From NCBI GenBank assembly GCA_963667175.2, contig CAXXXF010000015.1:608001-672000 (forward strand): 64,000 nucleotides of DNA. Reading direction: 5' to 3'. Source of the DNA: Candidatus Latescibacterota bacterium. Lineage in GTDB: Bacteria; Latescibacterota; UBA2968; GCA-2709665. A program made the position numbers and the translations under genes. Every line of letters begins with the position of its first letter. Position 1 is the stretch's first letter. The notes beneath the pieces are model-generated. The model was not told the origin of the DNA. It was given only the letters and a program-made list of their open reading frames with translations, and did no database searches. This document shows, piece after piece, positions 1 through 9,684 of the stretch.

Positions 1-2452
1 ACGCGTCGACAGGATTCGCCCGGGCAGCGCGGGCGACCTGGAGACTCACCGCCAGGAGTACGACGAGGAGCGTGAGCAGGCCTCCCAGCAGAAAGGTCCC
101 GATCCCCGGGTCCACGCGATACGCGAAATCCTGCAGCCAGCGCTCTGCCGCGTAGTACGCTGCCGGCCATGAGGTCAGCGCGGCAATTCCGACCATGATC
201 ACATATTCGCGGGTGAGCAGCGAAACGATACGTGTTGTCGGCGCGCCAAGGACTTTTCGGATCCCGATTTCCTTCGTGCGCCTGGCGACGGTGAGCGACG
301 TCAGACCGAAAGCGCCCAGGCAGGCGATGAATACGGCGAAGAACGTCGCGTATCCTGCGATTCTGAACCACCGGCGTTCCTCCCGGTATTGACGGTCTAT
401 ATCCTCATCCAGGAAATTATGGTGAAACGGAACATCCGGTACGACCTCATCCCACCTCTCTCTCAGGAAATCAAGGGTGTCAAAGACGTTCTCGGGGCGA
501 ATCCGAATCATGAGCAGGTATCGGACGTCCCACGTAGGTCGGCCGGACAACGGCGTCGCCTTTAATTGCAACACCGCGGGTCCAATGGCGTGGTGAAGGG
601 ACCGGAAATGATAATCGCTGACGACCCCTATCACCGTAAGTTCCTTTCTGTCGAGCCAAATCGTCTCGCCGATAGTCGTCTTCCATCCCAATTTCCGCGC
701 CAGAGATTCGTTGACGATAACCGATGTCTTCGCGTCGCTGTCCCGTTCGAAGTTTCGACCCTCCATCAGGCCTATTCCCATGGTATCGAGAAATCGCAGA
801 TCGCAGAATATCCTCTCAACGCCTTCCAGCGTCGTCCCCTTCCAGTTTATGCGCGTATTATTCCGCATCGAATTGCTGAGTCCGTGTGACGTTCTCGTCG
901 TCTTCAAAACAGAATGGTATCTCCGGATCTCCTCCTCAAAGGCATCGGCCAGCTCCATTCGATCCGATATACCAAATAGGCGAACGACGACGACGTGGCT
1001 GGGCTCGAAACCAAGCGGTTTGGACTTCAATTTGCTCATTTGTATGGAAGCGATGGTCATGCATGTCACCAGTGCCGCGGAAATGGCGAGTTGGAATATC
1101 ACGAGCGCACGGCTGAAGAGACCCATTCGATCCACCTTGAACCGCCCTTTCAACGCATCGACCGGAAGAAATCCGGACATGCATAATGCAGGATAGCCGC
1201 CGGCGCCGATGCCTACCAGCAGCACCATCACGAGCAGAAACACAAGCGAGGTGGAATCTTTCAGGTCGGTCAGGGCAAATTCCCTGCTGATCAGACCGTT
1301 GAAACCCGGCAACAACAGTTCCGCCAGCGCCAATCCAAAGGCGAGCGAGATTAAAACCAACAGTGCCGATTCACCCAGAAATTGTCGCGCCAATTGCGTT
1401 CGAAGACCCCCGGACGCTTTTCGCAATCCAACTTCACGGGTACGGGAAAATGACCGGGCCACCGAAATGTTCGTATAATTGACAGCTGCCACGACCAGCA
1501 CGAGTATTGCAATGGCTCCCAGGTGGTGCGAATGGACAGGATTGCCAAAGGGGCGCGACCTCATGCGACGGTTATCAAAGTAAATGTCTCTAATGGGCTG
1601 CAACTTCAACCTGATCGAGAATCCGCTCCCGGAAGGTGGTATCGAAAATTCCTCAAGCCGACGCTCGATTTCCGGTGGGCGATGGTAGTCCGGGAGCAAC
1701 AGGTAAGTGTTAACATCGTTTGTTTTCCGTGCGTGTTTCTGATCATCCGGATTCAAGAGCGAGAGAAAGTCAAAACGAATGGTGGAGTTTTTGGGAATTG
1801 CCCTGATTACGCCGGTTACCGTCAATTCCCGAGTCGGGCGAGCGTCCGAGAATTCATCTCTGGACTCGGGCGTTGGGCCCGATCGTCGGAGGGACTTCAC
1901 GTTCAATCCCGATGATGCGCGTGTACGGGCAACCGGTATTTCGACGTCCTGGACTGAAATCGTCTTGCCGATCGGGTCGTCCCCCTGGAAGAGTCTTTCA
2001 GCAATCGTATCGGTAATGACCACATAGTTCGGATCCTCCAGCGCGGTGACCGGATCTCCTTTGATAAGAGGGAAGGAGAATACGTCCAGAATTGCCGGAT
2101 CTGCGAAGAGAAAAGATTCTTTGGTCGTCTGACCTCCATGGCGGACCAATCGCGATCCAGGATCCAATCGAACGGAACGGACCTCCGGAAGTGCTTCCGA
2201 CAACGCCGGCGCCAGAGTAAACGCCGTCCGATCCGTCAACATAACCGATTCACCGAACGATATTTCTCTGCCGACCCTGTAGATCCGATCCGCGTTCTCA
2301 TGAAACCCGTCGTAGGTCCACTCGTATCGCACATAGAGGAACGCCAAAACGCAGAACGCTATCGCGATGCCCAGGCTCACCACGTTGATCGCGGCATACA
2401 GCGGGTGTCGCAGCAGATTGCGATACGCGACCTTGAGATAATTCCAGAACAT
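1..2452 (-). CDS. ABC transporter permease, MacB/FtsX-like duplicated type (3' end runs off the window)
   Basis: Not in the ORF track because no stop falls inside the window. ATG at 2452 follows AAGGAG. Translates MFWNYLKVAYRNLLRHPLYAAINVVSLGIAIAFC...TYDGFHENADRIYRV and ends in the same frame at ...RAARANPVDA at the window edge. Has the REVGLRKASG and RTKEIGIRKVLGA motifs. Confidence 0.9.
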   Translation of the reverse strand, partial: MFWNYLKVAYRNLLRHPLYAAINVVSLGIAIAFCVLAFLYVRYEWTYDGFHENADRIYRVGREISFGESVMLTDRTAFTLAPALSEALPEVRSVRLDPGSRLVRHGGQTTKESFLFADPAILDVFSFPLIKGDPVTALEDPNYVVITDTIAERLFQGDDPIGKTISVQDVEIPVARTRASSGLNVKSLRRSGPTPESRDEFSDARPTRELTVTGVIRAIPKNSTIRFDFLSLLNPDDQKHARKTNDVNTYLLLPDYHRPPEIERRLEEFSIPPSGSGFSIRLKLQPIRDIYFDNRRMRSRPFGNPVHSHHLGAIAILVLVVAAVNYTNISVARSFSRTREVGLRKASGGLRTQLARQFLGESALLVLISLAFGLALAELLLPGFNGLISREFALTDLKDSTSLVFLLVMVLLVGIGAGGYPALCMSGFLPVDALKGRFKVDRMGLFSRALVIFQLAISAALVTCMTIASIQMSKLKSKPLGFEPSHVVVVRLFGISDRMELADAFEEEIRRYHSVLKTTRTSHGLSNSMRNNTRINWKGTTLEGVERIFCDLRFLDTMGIGLMEGRNFERDSDAKTSVIVNESLARKLGWKTTIGETIWLDRKELTVIGVVSDYHFRSLHHAIGPAVLQLKATPLSGRPTWDVRYLLMIRIRPENVFDTLDFLRERWDEVVPDVPFHHNFLDEDIDRQYREERRWFRIAGYATFFAVFIACLGAFGLTSLTVARRTKEIGIRKVLGAPTTRIVSLLTREYVIMVGIAALTSWPAAYYAAERWLQDFAYRVDPGIGTFLLGGLLTLLVVLLAVSLQVARAARANPVDA

Positions 2453-2567
2453 CGACTGACTCCTTATGGAAAGTACCATTCACTTCAATCTGCCAAGGCT
2501 GCGCTCAGTATGAATGGGCGCCCGACCGCCAAAACAGTCATGTTGGGAAATCCGATTTGAGGGTGGG

Positions 2568-2745
2568 GCCTGCCTGCGCCAAGCGGAGCGCCTGCCTGCC
2601 GCGGGAAGCGAAGCGGCGCAGGCAGGCGGACATTCCTGTCTGCCCACGTCCGTGTCGTTCTGTCAATTGAAGCAGATGGACGAGGCCGCCAGGCTGCTCC
2701 CCTCCCCGCGCCGGGGAGGGGCTGGGCTGGGGGAGGGGTCGCCGT
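2568..2745. repeat. Stack of GC-rich palindromic repeats (CCTGCCTG/CAGGCAGG units and a CCCTCCCC/GGGGAGGG hairpin)
   Basis: The same motifs recur near 9335-9365, 25268-25297, 49652-49675, 49900-49930, 50033-50073, 53681-53726 and 55343-55371. Confidence 0.7.
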
Positions 2746-2799
2746 GCCCGGGACGGGCGCATTGGGCCCACGACGATCATCGATTCGATGGTACACTGA

Positions 2800-2814
2800 G
2801 CAACAGCCGTGCCA
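2800..2814 (-). promoter_or_regulatory. sigma54 -24/-12 promoter for the ABC permease
   Basis: The reverse complement reads TGGCACGGCTGTTGC, a full match to TGGCACG-N4-TTGC. Confidence 0.85.
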
Positions 2815-2878
2815 TGCGTTTTCGGCTCGATTTTACAGGTACTTAGCGATGCGGCGGCGAAGGAGCCTGCCTTGCAGA

Positions 2879-2915
2879 TGTCCGAAAACGATACAGCAGT
2901 GTCCGAAAACGCACA
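2879..2915. promoter_or_regulatory. Tandem enhancer (UAS) sites for a sigma54 activator
   Basis: TGTCCGAAAACGATACA (2879-2895) and TGTCCGAAAACGCACA (2900-2915) form a direct repeat with a 21-bp period, in TGT-N10/11-ACA form. Confidence 0.7.
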
Positions 2916-3003
2916 GGGGCGGGGCGCCGGTCTTCGAACCGCTTGACAGGATAAGTCTCTGTGATCATTATGGTTGTGCGTTATTTCGGCTCAAGAGGCG
3001 TAT

Positions 3004-3018
3004 TGGCACGAAAAATGC
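3004..3018 (+). promoter_or_regulatory. sigma54 -24/-12 promoter upstream of the response regulator
   Basis: TGGCACGAAAAATGC, with GG-N10-GC spacing intact. Confidence 0.7.
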
Positions 3019-3129
3019 GCCTCTTGTCAGGGAATGAAACATCTCCGGCATGATGGGCTGCCGATCCCGTCTCGTCTTCGGGACGCGGGTTTCGTCCGCA
3101 GATTCATGCTCGAACGCTCCGGGGCGCCG

Positions 3130-4506
3130 ATGAAATCACTCGATAACGTCCTCATCGTCGACGACGACCACGACGTGCTTCTGGCCGCGCAACTCTTTCT
3201 CAAGCAGCACGCCGGGCGCGTGGACACCGAAGCCGATCCCGAACGCATTCCCGAACTGCTGCAGAATGACTCCTACGACGTGATCCTGCTGGATATGAAC
3301 TTCGCCCAGGACGCCACGTCGGGCAGAGAAGGGTTCCACTGGCTGCGGCGCATTCTCGATATCGATCCTTCCGCCGTGGTCGTCCTCATCACGGCGTTCG
3401 GCGACGTCAATACCGCCGTGCAGGCCATCAGAGAGGGCGCCACGGACTTTGTCCTCAAACCCTGGCAGAACGAGAAACTGCTCGCCACGCTGTCCGCGGC
3501 GGCCAGACTCCGCCAATCGCGCCTCGACGTCGCCCGGCTCCGCTCGCGGCAGAAGCAACTCCACGCCGACCTGGACCGGCAGTTTCCCGGCATCGTGGCC
3601 GTCTCTCCGGTCATGCGCGACGTCTTCGAAACCATACGGAAGGTCTCCGCCACCGACGCCAACGTCCTCATCCTGGGCGACAACGGAACGGGAAAGGACG
3701 CGGTGGCGCGCGCCATTCATCGAAACTCCAGCCGCGCGGACCAGGTCTTCATCCACGTCGACCTCGGCGCCGTCCCCGAGACCCTCTTCGAAAGCGAGCT
3801 CTTCGGGCACAAAAAAGGCGCCTTTACAGACGCCAGGGAAGACCGTGCGGGGCGGTTTGAAACGGCGTCGGGCGGGACGCTCTTCCTGGATGAGATCGGC
3901 AACCTCTCGCTGACGCTTCAGGCGAAACTGCTCACCGTACTCGAAAAGCGCACGGTGTTCCGTCTGGGCGCCAACAAGCCCGTCCCCATCGACATCCGGC
4001 TCGTGTGCGCCACGAATACGCCCATCCACGAACTTGCCGCCCGGAACGATTTCCGCCAGGACCTGCTCTACCGCGTCAACACCGTTGAAATCAGGCTGCC
4101 GCCGCTCCGGAACCGCCGCGAGGACCTCCCGCTCCTCGTCGGCAGTTTCCTGGACAGGTATTGCAGGAAATACAAGAAGCCCCGTATCGGCCTGCATCCC
4201 CGCACCCTCGAAAAACTCAAAGGATACGCCTGGCCCGGAAACGTCCGCGAACTCCAGCACGCCATCGAACGCGCGGTCATCATGAACGAGAACGGCACGC
4301 TGCAACCGGCGGACTTCCCCCTCACCTCGTCTGAATCCGTTCAGGGAGACCACATTCACTGCGAAGACTTCAATCTCGAACGCATCGAGAAAACCGCCAT
4401 CCGCAAAGCCATCGAGAAGCACGAGGGCAACATCAGCCACACGGCCCGGGAACTGGGCATCACGCGCAGCGCCCTCTACCGAAGGCTGGAAAAACATGGT
4501 CTATAG
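3130..4506 (+). CDS. sigma54-dependent response regulator, NtrC family (REC-AAA+-Fis HTH)
   Basis: VLIVDDD...LLDMNF receiver, GDNGTGKD Walker A, ESELFGH.KGAFTDA, LFLDEIG, WPGNVREL and a C-terminal HTH. An alternative start lies at 3106. Confidence 0.95.
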   Translation: MKSLDNVLIVDDDHDVLLAAQLFLKQHAGRVDTEADPERIPELLQNDSYDVILLDMNFAQDATSGREGFHWLRRILDIDPSAVVVLITAFGDVNTAVQAIREGATDFVLKPWQNEKLLATLSAAARLRQSRLDVARLRSRQKQLHADLDRQFPGIVAVSPVMRDVFETIRKVSATDANVLILGDNGTGKDAVARAIHRNSSRADQVFIHVDLGAVPETLFESELFGHKKGAFTDAREDRAGRFETASGGTLFLDEIGNLSLTLQAKLLTVLEKRTVFRLGANKPVPIDIRLVCATNTPIHELAARNDFRQDLLYRVNTVEIRLPPLRNRREDLPLLVGSFLDRYCRKYKKPRIGLHPRTLEKLKGYAWPGNVRELQHAIERAVIMNENGTLQPADFPLTSSESVQGDHIHCEDFNLERIEKTAIRKAIEKHEGNISHTARELGITRSALYRRLEKHGL

Positions 4507-5839
4507 ACACTTTCGGACGCTGTGCGTCGTGCGGGTGGCGTTCCTGTGCGCCACCATCTGCGCCCTTGTGTTCGTGCTCTTTCAGACGTCCTACTACACC
4601 ACCGTCTTCATTCTCGCCGGCATTGTACTCTATCAGGCCTGGGCCCTCATCCACTTCGTGGAGCGCGCGAACCGGGACCTCACCCGCTTTCTGCAGGCCA
4701 TCCGGTACGAAGACTTCTCCCAATCCTTCAGCGGCCGGGGACTCGGGTCCGCATTCGATGACCTGAAAGAGGCGTTCAACGAGGTGCTGAACGCCTTTCG
4801 GAAGACACGCGCGGAAAAAGAGGAGAACTTCCAATACCTGCAGACGGTGGTCCAGCACGTTGGCGTGGGCCTGGTGTGTTACGACGTCGGCGGACGCATC
4901 GAACTCATGAACACCGCCGCCCGGCGCCTGCTTCGCAGACCCCACGTCCACAACGTGCGCGAGCTGCGGACGGTGAGCGAGTCCCTTTCCGACACCCTTC
5001 TCGCCCTGCGGCCGGGCGACAGGACCCTGGTTAAAGTCCAGGACGAAGACGAACTCCTTCAGATTGTCATCCACGCCACCGAAATCCGAATGCGCGGCGA
5101 GTCGTTCATCCTCGCCTCCGTGCAGGACATCCAGAGCGAACTCGAAGAACAGGAAATGGAAGCGTGGCAGAAGCTCATCCGGGTGCTCATCCACGAAATC
5201 ATGAACTCCATCACCCCCATTTCGTCGCTGGCCTCCACCGTGCGCGGTCACTTTCCCGAATCGGACCGCCCGCAGTCGCTCGACCCCCACGTCGTGACCG
5301 ACGTGCACGCGGCGCTGGAGACCATTCAGTCCCGGAGCGAAGGCCTGCAGCAGTTCGTCGATACCTACCGCCAACTTACGCGGGTCCCCCGTCCCGACTT
5401 TCAGATCTGCCCGGTCGGCGAACTCTTCGCCCGCGTTGTAAACCTGATGCGACCGGAATGTGAAAAGGAGCGCATCGGACTCCGCACGCGGGTCGAACCC
5501 GAGACCCTGGAAGTCACGGCCGACCCCCACCTGGTGGAGCAGGTCCTCATCAATCTGGTGCGGAACGCGCTGCAGGCCCTCGCCGGACGCGATCAGGCCC
5601 GCGTCGAACTCGCCGCGGGCCTGGACCGAAGAGGCCGGGTCCTCATCCGCGTGCGGGACAATGGACCCGGCATCCTCGAAGACGTGCAGGAACGTATTTT
5701 CATCCCGTTCTTCACCACCAGACAGGAGGGTTCGGGCATCGGTCTGTCGCTCTGCCGGCAGATCATGCGCCAGCACCGCGGCGCCATCAGCGTTCAGTCC
5801 ACGCCCGACGAAGAAACCGTATTCACCCTCCGGTTCTGA
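4496..5839 (+). CDS. Membrane sensor histidine kinase
   Basis: Two N-terminal TM helices, HEIMNS H-box, QVLINLVRNA N-box, DNGPGI, FIPFFTT and GSGIGL. Overlaps the regulator stop. Confidence 0.95.
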   Translation: MVYRHFRTLCVVRVAFLCATICALVFVLFQTSYYTTVFILAGIVLYQAWALIHFVERANRDLTRFLQAIRYEDFSQSFSGRGLGSAFDDLKEAFNEVLNAFRKTRAEKEENFQYLQTVVQHVGVGLVCYDVGGRIELMNTAARRLLRRPHVHNVRELRTVSESLSDTLLALRPGDRTLVKVQDEDELLQIVIHATEIRMRGESFILASVQDIQSELEEQEMEAWQKLIRVLIHEIMNSITPISSLASTVRGHFPESDRPQSLDPHVVTDVHAALETIQSRSEGLQQFVDTYRQLTRVPRPDFQICPVGELFARVVNLMRPECEKERIGLRTRVEPETLEVTADPHLVEQVLINLVRNALQALAGRDQARVELAAGLDRRGRVLIRVRDNGPGILEDVQERIFIPFFTTRQEGSGIGLSLCRQIMRQHRGAISVQSTPDEETVFTLRF

Positions 5840-5855
5840 TCGCAGAAGTCAACGC

Positions 5856-7394
5856 CTACCCCCATTCCGCCAGGATGGCCTTCGCGGCGTTGTGCCCCGG
5901 CGCCCCGGTCACTTCGCCGCCGGGGTGCGTGCCCGCGCCGCACAGATAGAGGTTCTCGATCGGCGTCGCATAATGCGACCATCCGCCAAGGGGCCGTTGC
6001 GCGAGGAACTGGTCCGGCACGATATCCAGATGCCGTATATTTCCGTCCGTAAGGCCCACCCGCTCCTCCAGGTCGCGCGGCGTGAACAGCGACCAGTCCA
6101 CCAGGATGTCCCGGAGGTTCGGGGCGTAGATCGACAGCGTATCGATCAGGCGTTCGCCCACCTCTTCCCGCCGCTCATCCCACGTGCCGGCTCGCGGGCG
6201 AACCGGCGCATACAGGGCCCAGACGGACATCACGTGGTGGCCGTCCGGCGCCATCGTGTCGTCATAGACGGATGGGATCTGTACTTCGATCACCGGTTCC
6301 CTGGCGGGGTCTCCTCGGCGCGCGTCGTCCCAGGCGCGCGCGAAATAGTCGATGGACGGGCAGATCTTGATCTCCGCAAACCAGCGGGGATCGTAACCCG
6401 ATTCGCCCCTCGCGAAGTCCGGCAGGCCGGAAAGCGCGGCGTGGAACTTCAGGTAGGCCGCCCGGGTCTTCAGGCGATTCGCCCTCGCAAGAAATCCCGC
6501 ATCCAGCGCATCGGGCGGCAGCAGCTTCAGGAACGTGCGCTTCGGGTCGGCGTTCGAAACCACGATCCTGCTGCGGATCTCCGTGCCGTCGGCAAGCGCC
6601 GCGCCGCACGCGCTTCCATTCGACAACAGAATCCGCTTGACTTCGGCGCCCGTCTGCAAGACCGCCCCACGCGCCCTCGCCGCCCTCGCAAGGGCGTTGG
6701 CGATGCCGCCCATCCCGCCCTTGACGATCCCCACGTTCTCCGACCGCCCGAACACGCCGCATTTGATGTACGTGTAAACCCACGCGCTACCCGGCGCCGC
6801 CGGATCGCCCGCGTCCTGCGCCTGGATGAACGCGCCCCGGGCCGCGTCGGACTCGAAGAAATCGGTCACCAGGTCGGTCATGCTCGTCGTGAGCAGGCGG
6901 TCCAGAAGCGCTTCGTCGTCCGTTCCGCGCACGCGCGCGGCAATCTCGCTGATTGTAGGCGGCGGCGTCAGGAAGTACGGGTAGACGATGCCCGCCGCAC
7001 GTTTCCAGAAAGAGAGCCACTCGGGATAGGCTTCCGCGTCCTTTTGCGAAAAACGCGCGAGTTCCTCCTGGCTGCGTTCCACGTCGTCCCAGAGCCGGAG
7101 GGCGGCGCCGTCCGGGAAGGGTTGGAACCTGGACGGGTCCAGATGATAGACGTCGAATCCGTGCTCCCGCAGGCCCAGCTCGTCGATCACCCGGTCCTGC
7201 AACAGGTGGCAGATGTACGAGCACGACGAAAACCGGTACCCCGGAAAGAGCTCCTCGGTCGCACAGGCGCCGCCCAGGATGTCCCTGCGTTCCAGCAGCA
7301 GTACGTCCAATCCGGCCTCCGCCAGGTAGGCCGCCGCAACCAGCCCGTTGTGTCCGCCACCCAGGATCAGCGTATCGCAATCAACCGTGGCCAT
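5856..7394 (-). CDS. Phytoene desaturase-family FAD-dependent oxidoreductase
   Basis: GGGHNGLVAAAYLA...LLERR..GG, and C-terminal LYLCGAGTHPGGEVTGAPGHNAA. Confidence 0.9.
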   Translation of the reverse strand: MATVDCDTLILGGGHNGLVAAAYLAEAGLDVLLLERRDILGGACATEELFPGYRFSSCSYICHLLQDRVIDELGLREHGFDVYHLDPSRFQPFPDGAALRLWDDVERSQEELARFSQKDAEAYPEWLSFWKRAAGIVYPYFLTPPPTISEIAARVRGTDDEALLDRLLTTSMTDLVTDFFESDAARGAFIQAQDAGDPAAPGSAWVYTYIKCGVFGRSENVGIVKGGMGGIANALARAARARGAVLQTGAEVKRILLSNGSACGAALADGTEIRSRIVVSNADPKRTFLKLLPPDALDAGFLARANRLKTRAAYLKFHAALSGLPDFARGESGYDPRWFAEIKICPSIDYFARAWDDARRGDPAREPVIEVQIPSVYDDTMAPDGHHVMSVWALYAPVRPRAGTWDERREEVGERLIDTLSIYAPNLRDILVDWSLFTPRDLEERVGLTDGNIRHLDIVPDQFLAQRPLGGWSHYATPIENLYLCGAGTHPGGEVTGAPGHNAAKAILAEWG

Positions 7395-7427
7395 TGTAAT
7401 CTCTCCATACAGTACTTGCCGATTCCA

Positions 7428-7748
7428 CTACCGAAGCCCCCAGCCATTCTTCATCAACCAGTCGCGGACCTGCTGACGGCAATCCCCCTGCAGTTCAATC
7501 GTATTCTCCCGGAACGTCCCTCCCGTTCCGCACGCTTGCCGCAGGGACCGCGCCAGGTCCTTCATATCTCCCTTCGCCAGCACCAGGCCGCCGGCCAGCG
7601 TTACGACCTTGCCCCGCTTCCGTTTCTCCAGCGAAATCCGAATCCGCTGCTCCTCCGGCGCACGGGAGACCAGCACTTCCACGTCAACGTCAGGCACGTC
7701 GTCGGAAACAAACGCCCAACCCTCTCCTGAAGTTCGCTTAACCGCCAT
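7428..7748 (-). CDS. yciH: SUI1/YciH translation initiation factor
   Basis: KRGKVVTL...LRQACGTGGT...IELQGD signature. Confidence 0.88.
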   Translation of the reverse strand: MAVKRTSGEGWAFVSDDVPDVDVEVLVSRAPEEQRIRISLEKRKRGKVVTLAGGLVLAKGDMKDLARSLRQACGTGGTFRENTIELQGDCRQQVRDWLMKNGWGLR

Positions 7749-7804
7749 ATTTCTCCCCTAAAGACAGCCGGGTAACAGAACCATGCGTTTTTCTGATGGT
7801 CACT

Positions 7805-9013
7805 TCAGTTCACGGCTTTCTTTTCCCCGTCTCCAAAATCGGGCACGGCCGTTAACGCGCCACCGTTCATCGCGGACTGGTGCGCGATCAGCCCCGGAAC
7901 CAGGTACCGCGCCGCCTGCCAAACGCTGTTCGGCGGCGTTTCGCCCGTCACACACGCAGTCACGAAATCGTGTACCAGAAACTGGTGGGCGCCCTTGTGC
8001 CCGTTGCTCAGGCCGATAAATTCTCTCGGCAGGAGATGGACAGGATGCACTCGCGACACGCCCTGGTGCGTGCCGTCGTCCCCCGTCACCGCGCCCATCG
8101 GGTCGTCGGCAGGGCCGGCCGGCACGCCCTCGCAGGACAATTCCGCGGTCAGGTCCACGCAGGTCTTCCGGTCCTTGTTGATCCACACCTGACCGCCCAC
8201 CTGCTCCTCGTAACCGGCGTCCGTTCCATACAGACTCATCCCGACCGTGCCGGGATGTCCGATCCGGCGGAACTCGTTGAAGCGCGCCACGCTCCCGTCC
8301 GACATCCTGCACAACATGGTTTCGTTGCTGAACGGGTTCTTCCAGACATTGTCCTCGCGCGCATACAGATTGTCTTCATGGCGATCGACGAAGCCCATGC
8401 CGCTCACGCGCGTGGCATGCGCTCCTGTAACCGAAACGATCATACTTGTCGAATGCGTCGGATAAAACATAGGGGGCGACCCGAAATACCGCTTCCACTC
8501 TTCGCCGTGGCGCCACTGGGACACCGCGTACAGTCCGTGGGAGTAATCGTGGCAATACTCCGCCTCCCCGTACACGATATGGCCGAAGTCTCCCTTCCGA
8601 AAGCGGTCGCGGCAGTAGATCGTACACGGGTAATAGTAACTCGTCTCCCCGATCATATACGTCAACCCCGTCTCCTCCACGGCCTTGACGAGATCGGATA
8701 TTTCCTCCAGGCTGACGGCTGACGGCACCGCGGAATACACGTGCTTGCCGCTGCGCAGCGCCTGTACCGCCTGCGGCCCATGCAGGTGATGCTGGGTGAT
8801 GATCGCGATCGCGTCCACGTCGGATTCACACAGCGCATCAAGCGACAGATAGGTGTCCGGCACGTCGAAGCGCGCCGATTTCTCGGCCAGTTTCCTCGCG
8901 TCCAGATCCGACAGCACCAGGTGGTCCACGTCCGGATGCGCTTTGAAGAGCGGGATGAACGAATTTGCAAACGCTCCGGTTCCGCAGATCCCTAGACGGA
9001 TACCCATCTTCAC
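7805..9013 (-). CDS. Gfo/Idh/MocA family oxidoreductase
   Basis: Rossmann GICGTGAF and ALRSGKHVYSAVP. Confidence 0.88.
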   Translation of the reverse strand: MKMGIRLGICGTGAFANSFIPLFKAHPDVDHLVLSDLDARKLAEKSARFDVPDTYLSLDALCESDVDAIAIITQHHLHGPQAVQALRSGKHVYSAVPSAVSLEEISDLVKAVEETGLTYMIGETSYYYPCTIYCRDRFRKGDFGHIVYGEAEYCHDYSHGLYAVSQWRHGEEWKRYFGSPPMFYPTHSTSMIVSVTGAHATRVSGMGFVDRHEDNLYAREDNVWKNPFSNETMLCRMSDGSVARFNEFRRIGHPGTVGMSLYGTDAGYEEQVGGQVWINKDRKTCVDLTAELSCEGVPAGPADDPMGAVTGDDGTHQGVSRVHPVHLLPREFIGLSNGHKGAHQFLVHDFVTACVTGETPPNSVWQAARYLVPGLIAHQSAMNGGALTAVPDFGDGEKKAVN

Positions 9014-9030
9014 CTCGCAAAAAAACCTGA

Positions 9031-9412
9031 CTCACACGAAGGCACAAAGACTCAAAGGAAACCATCGAAACGCGGGCAACCACAAGGGTTGCCCCTACAG
9101 ATACAAAAAGGAAACGTGCGGACGAAGTTTCCGCGCTATAAGGTACAACGTCAATTTAGTTTCGAACATCGCCAGGTGCTATCCAGCGGACGGTCGTGGA
9201 GTGCGGGGTTTTTCCGTGCTATTCCGTCTGGCAACATCGCTCGGGATGGGCTGGTCAGGTGACAGGGCGCCCAACCTCCATCTGCGCCACTGAGGTGGTT
9301 CACGGAAAAACCGGCCCCGCGGCGTTTGAGCGGCCTGCCTGCGCCTGCCTGGCCGGCAGGCAGGCGCCGTTCTTTTTGGTCCTTTTTCTTGGGCGTACAA
9401 GAAAAAGGACTT
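9031..9412 (-). repeat. Composite modular repeat, copy 1 (inverted relative to the 49.5 and 53.4 kb copies)
   Basis: Contains the CTT(T/C)GTGT-type array (9031-9057, reversed), a REP-like hairpin (9074-9098) and a ~220-bp segment nearly matching the reverse complement of 53640-53860. Confidence 0.85.
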
Positions 9413-9684
9413 AAATAAATAAAAATAATAGGTTTATTCGAAATTTATCGACGTTTCCGTTGAGATACGTACCATTCGCCATTACCGTCTCTACCCTGTC
9501 ATCAACGTTAAACGATAAGAAATACCCGAATAGCGTAATGCGCAAGCCAGAAAACCTTTCGCCCGGTAAGCCGGTCAGCTGAATCGGCCGCCAATGCGGA
9601 AGCAGGGCTTCGCTGTGGCGCACCTGTTGATTCTTGAACACCGGACCCGCATTTCGTAAATTGTCCCTATCGAAAGGAGGCGCT

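Noticed and set aside
1820-1940. ~30-aa insertion in the permease periplasmic domain
   Set aside because: In frame, with no repeat similarity; likely ordinary loop variation.
5460-7730. 756-aa plus-strand ORF
   Set aside because: Antisense shadow of the desaturase-family and yciH genes; Arg-rich and without motifs, as expected in high-GC DNA.
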